NCBI GenBank assembly: GCA_012032345.1
Contig: JAAUQI010000008.1
Coordinates: forward strand, 36,291-60,290
Length of the DNA stretch: 24,000 nt
Source of the DNA: Leptolyngbyaceae cyanobacterium RM1_1_2
Lineage (GTDB): Bacteria; Cyanobacteriota; Cyanobacteriia; Phormidesmidales; Phormidesmidaceae
Direction of reading: 5' to 3'
The first letter of the stretch is position 1. Each line of letters starts with the position of its first letter. Under the pieces are notes generated by a model. It searched no databases, was not told where the DNA came from, and worked only from the letters and a program-made list of their open reading frames with translations. The translations under genes and the position numbers were made by a program. Positions 1 to 7,008 of this stretch are shown here, one piece after another.

Positions 1-215
1 ACTATTGCGGTTTTCGTCAGGTTTGGAGTCGCGGCTATACCCTATATCAGCGCGGCATCAAGCTCAAAACAGAAACGGGCCTACAGGAAATTAGCCAGCT
101 TTCTCCCCTGGTAAAGACTTTGACTGATCCTGTACAGCGCGTTTGGCTAATCTATCCGGCTGAGGTAAAAACGCAGCTGCAGCAGCTAAGAGCCACCCTA
201 GAGCACCTGAGTTGA
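1..215 (+). CDS. 3' end of an unidentified protein-coding gene (partial; start lies upstream of the window)
   Basis: The frame with codons starting at position 3 is open from the window edge to TGA at 213-215 (...YCGFRQVWSRGYTLYQRGIKLKTETGLQEISQLSPLVKTLTDPVQRVWLIYPAEVKTQLQQLRATLEHLS*). I recognise no family. It overlaps the convergent gene 198..890 by 18 nt. Confidence 0.4.
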   Translation, partial: YCGFRQVWSRGYTLYQRGIKLKTETGLQEISQLSPLVKTLTDPVQRVWLIYPAEVKTQLQQLRATLEHLS

Positions 216-890
216 TCGCAGCGCTGCTAGATCTAGCGATTGCAGCTGCTGATAAGCCTGACTGACGGTACCTGCCTTGCGTAAAAAGCCTGTATTAGCC
301 CCTGGGCAGACATGCTGGAGCGTCTCTGGGCTAAAACTGTCGAGTATGTGCTGGAAGCTCAGTAACTGACGCAGCCAGTGGAAGGTTTTAGCAGAGCGCA
401 GAGGCTGCAACTCTCCGGTCGGCGTTGGCAGCAGATGGCGACCACTAAACAACAGCCCTCCATGCCGTTGGTGATAGAGACAGGCTGAGCCAGGAGAATG
501 CCCAGGTGACCAAAAGACTCGACTTAGCTGACTCAGGTCGTGGGCATGTTGAAAAGTTTCAGGCGAGAGGTTAGGCAGCAGATAAGCTTCTTGCTCTTGA
601 ATGAGCACCTGGCAGGGAAAAGCTTTAAGAATATCTCTGACGCTGGCGATCGCCCCCCGGTGAGTGATAAACAGCCAGCGAATACCCCCCTGAGCCGAGA
701 CAAAATCCTGGGTTGTTTCTGTCCAGGCAGGACAATCCACTAAAATATTGGCTGCTTTATTTGAGGAGTCATTTTCTACAATGAAGTAAGCAGTCCCTCC
801 CATCGTTTCCCGATTGGGTGGAAAAGCAAAAATGCCATCAAAAATCTGGCGGGGTGCTTTAGCTGATCTGTGAGGATTTGAAGCCATCAT
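198..890 (-). CDS. Metallo-beta-lactamase-fold protein with degenerate metal-binding motifs
   Basis: 230-aa ORF. MBL-fold landmarks appear in the right order: ILVDCP, then WLFITHRGAIA where HxHxDH normally sits, then SPGHSPGS (PGHTPG-type motif), then LLFSGRHLL (normally ..GD..). The His/Asp ligands of motif 2 and the GD Asp are replaced. Confidence 0.75.
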   Translation of the reverse strand: MMASNPHRSAKAPRQIFDGIFAFPPNRETMGGTAYFIVENDSSNKAANILVDCPAWTETTQDFVSAQGGIRWLFITHRGAIASVRDILKAFPCQVLIQEQEAYLLPNLSPETFQHAHDLSQLSRVFWSPGHSPGSACLYHQRHGGLLFSGRHLLPTPTGELQPLRSAKTFHWLRQLLSFQHILDSFSPETLQHVCPGANTGFLRKAGTVSQAYQQLQSLDLAALRSTQVL

Positions 891-1174
891 TATTTTTAGA
901 CAGTTTTTGCAACTTAAATCCCACTTTAGAAGTTATCTAACGACAACCAGTCTTTGGGGATTATTGGCTGACTAGGCTAAGTCAATTGTTTAGCGCGATC
1001 GCTGATTTTTTGCTATTTGGCGCTAAGGTTGTCAGACTGAGCTTAGAGATTCAAAAACTGACAATTGGTCAGTTTACTTTAGCGCTTAAGCTTACAGAGC
1101 GGCTGGAAAAGCCTCTGGAGCCGTAGCTGAGCACGATAAATTCTGTTTCAAGAACGCCTGAGTGAAACCAGCCC

Positions 1175-2650
1175 ATGCTGTATTTTTGGTTACTTTTATT
1201 AGGAGTCTTCACCTACCTTGTCGTCCAGCGCAGCGTGATGAACATTACGCGCACCCCTATCTGGATTCTTTGGCTAGTGATGATGACCCCTGCTTTTGTC
1301 CTGACAGCGTGGAGTCTGGCACAGGGACAAGACGAGCCGTTTCCGTCGGGGTTACTCCTGGGTTTGTTTGTCGTTTGTCCCGTCATTTACTGGCTGTTAA
1401 TTCAATGGGGCCGACAACCCAAGCCCGATGGCCAGCAGATGGTGGCAACTGCTGCTGAAGACAAAAAACGAACAACAGCAGAAACTCGGCCAGCGCTGCG
1501 TCCGATCGACAAAGAGGAAGAAGCCAGTCTGCAACACTGCTTTCCCTGGTCAGTTTTTTATCTACAGAACATTGAGTATCGGCCCCAGGCTATGATTTGT
1601 CGAGGGCAGTTGCGCTCTTCTGCCAGCATCGCCTACAAAACGGTTCAAGAGAATATAGAGTCCCGCTTCGGCAATCGATTTCTGGTTCTTTTTCAAGAAG
1701 GATTGAATGGCAAGCCCTTTTTTGCCCTAGTGCCCAATCCTCAGGCAAAAACTGTTGAAAAAAGAGAAACTGAGCCTCTAACCCGTCCTGGACTGGCGAT
1801 CGCGCTGTTTGCTATTACTGTGATGACAACAACTTCTGTAGGGGCGCTGGTAGTTGCTGGCGTACCTGAGGAGCAGCTACAGAGCGATCCTGCTCTGTTT
1901 TTAGCGGGCTTGCCCTATGCGCTGGCGCTGATGGGAATTTTGGGCATTCATGAGTTAGGGCATTACTTAACCGCTCGTTGCTATCGCATTCAAGCAACGC
2001 TGCCCTATTTCATTCCCGTGCCCTTTTTCTTAGGTACGTTTGGCGCTTTTATCCAGCTAAAATCCCCTGTGCCCAATCGTAAAGCCTTATTTGATGTTGG
2101 CATTGCAGGGCCGATGTCGGGCCTGCTAGCAACGCTACCTTTACTAATTTGGGGGCTGAGCCAGTCTGAGCTGGTAGCAATGCCCGAAGACGCCAGCCTG
2201 CTGAACTTTGAAGCGTTAGATCCCGGTACGTCTATCTTGCTAGCTCTTTTGAGCAAGCTGGCGCTGGGGGCAAGTTTGGGAGCTGAGCAGGCGATTCGTT
2301 TGCATCCGGTCGCGGTTGCTGGCTGCTTGGGGCTGGTAGTGACTGCGCTCAACCTGATGCCGATTGGGCAACTAGACGGCGGACATATTGTCCATGCTAT
2401 GTTTGGTCAACGCACTGGGGCAGTGATTGGTCAAGTCGCCAGGCTGCTGGTTGTAGGGTTGGCTCTGATTCACCGGGAATTTATGCTGTGGGCGATATTG
2501 CTGTTTTTTATTCCAGCCGTGGACGAGCCAGCTCTAAATGACGTTAGCGAACTCAACGCTCAGCGGGACTTTTGGGGACTGTTTGCCCTGACGCTGCTGG
2601 TGCTCATTGTTATACCAGCTCCTGAGGCACTGATGCGTTTTTTGTTTTAA
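1175..2650 (+). CDS. M50-family site-2 metalloprotease (EGY-like, polytopic membrane protein)
   Basis: 491-aa ORF with an ATG start. It has HELGH (HExxH) inside a hydrophobic segment and the second M50 motif NLMPIGQLDGGH. There are many hydrophobic helices, and a soluble insert after two N-terminal TM helices. Confidence 0.9.
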   Translation: MLYFWLLLLGVFTYLVVQRSVMNITRTPIWILWLVMMTPAFVLTAWSLAQGQDEPFPSGLLLGLFVVCPVIYWLLIQWGRQPKPDGQQMVATAAEDKKRTTAETRPALRPIDKEEEASLQHCFPWSVFYLQNIEYRPQAMICRGQLRSSASIAYKTVQENIESRFGNRFLVLFQEGLNGKPFFALVPNPQAKTVEKRETEPLTRPGLAIALFAITVMTTTSVGALVVAGVPEEQLQSDPALFLAGLPYALALMGILGIHELGHYLTARCYRIQATLPYFIPVPFFLGTFGAFIQLKSPVPNRKALFDVGIAGPMSGLLATLPLLIWGLSQSELVAMPEDASLLNFEALDPGTSILLALLSKLALGASLGAEQAIRLHPVAVAGCLGLVVTALNLMPIGQLDGGHIVHAMFGQRTGAVIGQVARLLVVGLALIHREFMLWAILLFFIPAVDEPALNDVSELNAQRDFWGLFALTLLVLIVIPAPEALMRFLF

Positions 2651-2669
2651 ACGCCTTTAGCTGATACCC

Positions 2670-3185
2670 TTGACCCTGTTTTTTTATGCTGCACTTCAAT
2701 ATTTGGTTCCCGGAATGACAGGCGATGTAACTCAGTGGCTAGCTGAAATTAGAAATTTGCAGCGACAGCTAGCCGACACGCTCAAAGAACGAGATGCTGC
2801 CTATAAAAGCGCGGCTAACTGGCGGCAGCTCTATGAAACTGAAGCCAGTCAGCGCCGCAGCACCGTGGAGCAAATTCAGGAAAACAACAGGGCGCTGCAG
2901 CAGGAACTCACGAGGATAAAGCAGCAGCCCGCTCTCTCTCACCCCCAAAACGCTGCTAACCTTGAGCAGAGCATCCGTCAAATTGAAGATCCTGAAGATC
3001 TTCGTCAGCAGCTAATTGCAGCCTTAGCCCAGTGCGATCGCCTTAGGCAGGCGCTTGAGACAGAGCAAAATGAGCATACTCAAACTCGACAAAGCCTCAC
3101 CCTAGCCCTGGGAGATGCCATCGATACGCTCTCCAAAGCTTCAGCCGCCCCACCAGCTAGCACGATAGGAAAGGATGGAGGCTAA
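2670..3185 (+). CDS. Hypothetical coiled-coil protein
   Basis: The track ORF starts at TTG 2670. The first in-frame ATG is at 2715 (MTGDVTQWLAEIRNLQRQL...) and is the more likely start. The Q/E/R/L-rich, heptad-like sequence suggests a coiled coil. The 3' end overlaps convergent thrC by 4 nt. Confidence 0.6.
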   Translation: MTLFFYAALQYLVPGMTGDVTQWLAEIRNLQRQLADTLKERDAAYKSAANWRQLYETEASQRRSTVEQIQENNRALQQELTRIKQQPALSHPQNAANLEQSIRQIEDPEDLRQQLIAALAQCDRLRQALETEQNEHTQTRQSLTLALGDAIDTLSKASAAPPASTIGKDGG

Positions 3186-4306
3186 AAGCCCATCGCAGTG
3201 GCCAAGCTGGCTAGATTTGGCTCAACGCCCTGATGCACCTGATTTTGACTGTGCTTGATGGCGGCATCTGGATCTTTCAGGCCGTTTCCGGTCAGGACGC
3301 AAACTACCCTAGCTCCGACCGGAATTTGTTCCTTTACTTTCAGTAACCCAGCCACAGAGGCGGCGCTGGCAGGTTCACAAAAGATGCCTTCGGCTGCTGC
3401 CAGTAGCCGATAGGCCGAGAGAATTTCTTCGTCGGTGACAGCGTTGAAGGCTCCCTGGCTGGCAGCTTGTACGGCTAAAGCGCGATCGCGGTTAGCCGGA
3501 TTGCCAATCCGAATGGCAGTGGCCAATGTCTCAGGATGAGGGCAGGGTTCTCCGGTTACCAGCGGAGCCGCGCCTGCCGCTTGAAATCCCATCATGCGCG
3601 GCAGGCGATCGCAGCGTCCCTGGGCGTGATACTCACAAAAGCCCATCCAGTAAGCAGTGATATTGCCAGCGTTTCCGACCGGAATGCAGAGCCAGTCAGG
3701 GGCGTCACCCAGGGCATCTACAATTTCAAAAGCCGCTGTTTTTTGCCCCTCTAAGCGATAGGGATTGAGAGAATTCACCAGCGTCACCGGATATTTTTCG
3801 GCGCTCTGACACACCATGTCAAACGCCTGATCAAAGTTGCCCTGAATGGCTAGAACCTTGGCCCCATAGAGCAAAGCCTGGGCTAGCTTGCCTAGGGCAA
3901 CGTAGCCGTCAGGAATCACCACAAAGGCCCGCATTCCCCCTCGTAGCGCATAGGCAGCGGCGGCGGCGGAAGTATTACCTGTACTGGCGCAGATAACGGC
4001 TTCAGCGCCAGCTTCTTTGGCTTTAGAAATCGCCATTGTCATGCCCCGATCTTTGAAGCTGCCGGTTGGATTTAGCCCATCATATTTAACAAAGACCTGC
4101 ACCGATTTGCCGATGCGATCGGCAATAGAGGGCACCGGAATCAGTGGTGTATTTCCCTCCATTAAAGTTATGACCGGAGTTTGGTCGCTCACCGGCAGGT
4201 AAGGCCAATAAGCCTGAATCAGACCTGGCCACCGATGGGGAGCAATCTGTAGCTGAGAAGAATGGCTATCTGGTGGCAGGCGATTAGGGTTGAGACTGAG
4301 AGTCAC
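3182..4306 (-). CDS. thrC: Threonine synthase
   Basis: 374-aa ORF. It has the PLP-lysine motif GSFKDRG, ASTGNTSAAAAAY, and LEGNTPLI-type N-terminal motifs (TLMEGNTPLI). Length and pattern fit short-type ThrC. Confidence 0.92.
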   Translation of the reverse strand: MTLSLNPNRLPPDSHSSQLQIAPHRWPGLIQAYWPYLPVSDQTPVITLMEGNTPLIPVPSIADRIGKSVQVFVKYDGLNPTGSFKDRGMTMAISKAKEAGAEAVICASTGNTSAAAAAYALRGGMRAFVVIPDGYVALGKLAQALLYGAKVLAIQGNFDQAFDMVCQSAEKYPVTLVNSLNPYRLEGQKTAAFEIVDALGDAPDWLCIPVGNAGNITAYWMGFCEYHAQGRCDRLPRMMGFQAAGAAPLVTGEPCPHPETLATAIRIGNPANRDRALAVQAASQGAFNAVTDEEILSAYRLLAAAEGIFCEPASAASVAGLLKVKEQIPVGARVVCVLTGNGLKDPDAAIKHSQNQVHQGVEPNLASLATAMGF

Positions 4307-4552
4307 GGGTAATTTAAGAGTAAATCAATGTAAAGATTAGCTTGTTGAGGCGACCACCAGCGTAAAATCTGGCTCTTCCATTTTACCGTGTCCCTGCTGA
4401 GCATGAGCGAACCGCCGCAATCATAGCCGATTTTGTAGCTGGCATACTCAGTCTTGAGCTAAGGTTGAGAGCTATTACGATTTTGTACAAAGCTTGGTAT
4501 CAGATTAAGTCAGTGCTTTTACTAGGCAGAAGCTCATAGTACGCCTTGAAAG

Positions 4553-4744
4553 ATGAACGTTTCCGAAACTGCTCCCCAGGTTGCTCCTCTGAAAGAAACT
4601 GCTAGCTGCCAAGCAAAAACTGAGAAAATTTGTTGGATTGAGGTGAGGCAGTCTTGCCCAGCCAATCATCAAGCAGAACTGCTGCATTTGCTAGCAGAAG
4701 CAGATGCGCTGCTTTTGCGGCTGCAAACCTGCTCTAAAAAGTAG
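4553..4744 (+). CDS. Possible small Cys-containing hypothetical protein (63 aa)
   Basis: This is the only sizeable ORF in the 590-bp thrC / 4897 intergenic region. It is on the same strand as the downstream cluster and has four Cys plus a helical C-terminus (ELLHLLAEADALLLRLQ). No family recognised; it may be non-coding. Confidence 0.3.
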   Translation: MNVSETAPQVAPLKETASCQAKTEKICWIEVRQSCPANHQAELLHLLAEADALLLRLQTCSKK

Positions 4745-4896
4745 CCAGTTTAGACCAGAATTGACCTATAGGCCGCAGTCGTGCCAAAACAGGTGAATCA
4801 TCTGGTCTTTTGGCTTAACCGCTGGTTTTTCCAAAACTGTGTGATCCGCTGGTCTTAGAATTGGCTATCCTGGTTGAGAATTGTGGGGATTAGCTG

Positions 4897-5688
4897 ATGA
4901 AGAAACTCAAGTCTAAGACAGCCTGGGTAGCGGCGGCGATCGCGGTTGCTGTGAGCGTAGGCAGCATGGCAGGGTATCTACAGCGATCGCGCCAGCAATC
5001 TGCTGCTGACTCTGCAAAACCCACTGCTGCAACCGCCTTAAAACCTTTGTCTGATGAGTCTGCTCAAGGGAGTGTTGAGCGATCGCCGCAGTTTTTAGCA
5101 ACAGCCAAAACTGCCCTGTTGAAGACCACACCAGTAGCAGAGCGATTGCCTGTTATTTCAACTGGCCGTAGCGATCCTTTTATCTCTCCGTTTATTCCCT
5201 CTCGTCCTCTAGTCACACCTGTAACCAGCATTAAAACCGCGCCAGCAGGTATTCCTGCGCCGAGCATAGCTACCCCAGCTAGCGTTCCCCAGTCAGCTCA
5301 GGTTCCGACTTCTGTCACCCTCCAGCCATTACCTCCGTCGCTGACACGGACGCCTCCGATACTGCCCCCTGTGCCGACCGAATTGCCAACGCTGTCGGTG
5401 CCGAGTTTACCCATTAGCTCACCTACCGTAGCGTCCGCAAGTACGAGTGCAGCTGCAATTCAGATTTCTGGCGTTTTACAGTTTGCCAATCAGATCAGCA
5501 TCGTGGTGGAGGAACCCAGCGCTGAAACCAGTCGCTATGTGCGAGTAGGTGATTATTTAGCCAACGGTCAGGTTCGTATTAGCCGGGTAGAATGGCCAGC
5601 CGGACAGGATCCAGTCGTGATTCTAGAGCAGGGGGGACGTGAATACGTTAAAACAGTGGGAGGAGCCACAGTAGCTCAGGTTCGATAA
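4897..5688 (+). CDS. Membrane-anchored, proline-rich protein with a PilP-like C-terminal domain
   Basis: 263 aa. It has an N-terminal basic stretch plus hydrophobic anchor (MKKLKSKTAWVAAAIAVAVSVGS), a GRSDPF motif and a long P/S/T-rich linker. The C-terminal beta-rich block ISGVLQFANQISIVVEEPSAETSRYVRVGDYLANGQVRISRVEW..VVILEQGG resembles, from memory, the PilP pattern (..VRVGDYLG..G.V..I....V.L). Confidence 0.7.
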   Translation: MKKLKSKTAWVAAAIAVAVSVGSMAGYLQRSRQQSAADSAKPTAATALKPLSDESAQGSVERSPQFLATAKTALLKTTPVAERLPVISTGRSDPFISPFIPSRPLVTPVTSIKTAPAGIPAPSIATPASVPQSAQVPTSVTLQPLPPSLTRTPPILPPVPTELPTLSVPSLPISSPTVASASTSAAAIQISGVLQFANQISIVVEEPSAETSRYVRVGDYLANGQVRISRVEWPAGQDPVVILEQGGREYVKTVGGATVAQVR

Positions 5689-5724
5689 TGCGATCGCGTT
5701 GGGCCAATTGTTTTTGCTGAGTCG

Positions 5725-6279
5725 ATGTTGTCTATGAGTTCATCGTCATCTCCAGATCAAAGCGAATATAAGCTCGAAGCCAAGAGTGAACAACAAACGC
5801 CAGCGGTTTCGGCAGCGCCAGTCTTAAATCTCAGTGGCCGCTACCTTTGTCCTGTCTGTCGGCACGGACATATTGAGGCGCTGACGCTGATGGATGCTTT
5901 CGCCTGCGATTTTTGTCGCCACATTTTTACTGTAAACTTGCAAAATCAAACGGTTCAAGTTGTGGACAGCGCTCAGCCCATGAGCTGGCGCTGGAAGGGA
6001 CACAGCTGGCGAGGGGTTCATCAAGACAACTGGAATCTCACGTTTATTATCTGGATTGTGGGTCTGGCCCTGATTGGTTTTCCGACAGGCTTAGTCTGGC
6101 TGTCTTCTCATCTCTTTCCCCCGCTCCCCGGCAGCCCGGGTGCCCAGCTTCCAACGATCTGGTCGGGTCTGACGCTGCTGTGTCATCTGCTGTTAGTGAC
6201 CTGGCTACTGTCTGAACACTATCAGCTACCGCTATATGTCTCGGCTAAAATTCGGCTCCAGCAGCTGGGTCAACACTGA
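5725..6279 (+). CDS. Zinc-ribbon (CxxC...CxxC) membrane protein, hypothetical
   Basis: 184 aa, starting 36 nt after the preceding gene. It has CPVCRHGH...CDFCRHIF (a 4-Cys zinc ribbon) followed by two or three hydrophobic helices (LTFIIWIVGLALIGFPTGLVWL, WSGLTLLCHLLLVTWLL). Confidence 0.7.
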   Translation: MLSMSSSSSPDQSEYKLEAKSEQQTPAVSAAPVLNLSGRYLCPVCRHGHIEALTLMDAFACDFCRHIFTVNLQNQTVQVVDSAQPMSWRWKGHSWRGVHQDNWNLTFIIWIVGLALIGFPTGLVWLSSHLFPPLPGSPGAQLPTIWSGLTLLCHLLLVTWLLSEHYQLPLYVSAKIRLQQLGQH

Positions 6280-6421
6280 GGAAAAATGACTAGGATGCTA
6301 GAGACTCAGCTCTAGGGCACATAATCGCCGTTAAGGGATTTATCGATTTCTGCCGCAGTCGCTGAGATGACCGTTATACTGCGTAGATTAAGGTCGCTAG
6401 CATCCCCAAAGGGATTGGTCT

Positions 6422-6907
6422 ATGGAATATTGGGAGTTTCTACTGCAGAAAGAGGGCGATCGCACCTGGTTACCGCTGGAGTCTGCTGAAGTTGAGATTT
6501 TAGAGGGTCGCTATCGCCTGATGGCCCACGGCGCTCAGGCAGACGCTGTCGTTGAGGTTCGCATCAGTCAGCTACTGCTAGAAGAGATGCCTCCTAAACG
6601 TCGGGTTCTAAAGCGCCAAGGTCAGACCAATCAAGACGGCTTGATGGTGGTTATGCCCTTTACCCAGCTACATCCCGGAACATGGGAAATTCGCTGCCTC
6701 GGGGGCGATCCCTTGGATGACCTAATGGGAGATAGCTGGCAGTATGGCGTACAGTTTCAGGTTTCGCCCCAGAGCAGTGATGAGACAGACGATTGGGATG
6801 CTAACTGGTCTCCTGTGGCCGACCAGGAGACCGTATCTGCCGATAGAATTGCAGTGAGTTCGCTGTCGGAGGTCATCCTTAATGTGTCGGGGCTAGCCCC
6901 AATCTGA
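6422..6907 (+). CDS. Hypothetical protein, possibly the N-terminal part of a gene continued in 7009..8709
   Basis: 161-aa ORF (MEYWEFLLQKEGDRTWLPLESAEVEILEGRYRL...). It has a beta-strand-like alternating pattern, then an acidic tail. The stop is at 6905-6907, and the downstream gene's frame is already open from 6883. Confidence 0.65.
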   Translation: MEYWEFLLQKEGDRTWLPLESAEVEILEGRYRLMAHGAQADAVVEVRISQLLLEEMPPKRRVLKRQGQTNQDGLMVVMPFTQLHPGTWEIRCLGGDPLDDLMGDSWQYGVQFQVSPQSSDETDDWDANWSPVADQETVSADRIAVSSLSEVILNVSGLAPI

Positions 6908-6944
6908 ACAGCCTGCCTACCAGCCAGCTAGCTCAATCAGAATC

Positions 6945-6974
6945 AGAGACAGAGACAGAGACAGAGACAGAGAC
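6945..6974 (+). repeat. (AGAGAC)x5 perfect hexanucleotide tandem repeat
   Basis: Read directly: agagac occurs five times at 6945-6974. In the frame of ORF 7009..8709 it encodes (ET)5 within ..QSESETETETETETSVIAVSSDLDIM.., upstream of that ORF's first ATG. Confidence 0.95.
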
Positions 6975-7008
6975 GTCTGTCATCGCAGTCTCATCAGATC
7001 TGGACATC

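Noticed and set aside
1162-2352. ORFs 1162..1458 (+), 1815..1997 (-) and 2005..2352 (-) overlapping the M50 protease gene
   Set aside because: They lie entirely within a well-supported CDS in other frames, and nothing supports them independently. The same reasoning applies to 540..743, 2769..2981, 3536..3754, 4017..4202, 4913..5267, 5824..6215, 7949..8149, 10268..10507, 10831..11094, 11116..11313, 12702..12920, 13009..13266, 14522..14779, 15255..16313, 16515..16766, 20051..20275, 21250..21618, 22173..22388 and 22737..22919.
6945-6974. (AGAGAC)5 repeat as a phase-variation switch or CRISPR-like element
   Set aside because: The unit length of 6 is a multiple of 3, so copy-number change cannot toggle the reading frame. 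There are no spacers and no cas genes. It is best read as a coding or linker microsatellite.
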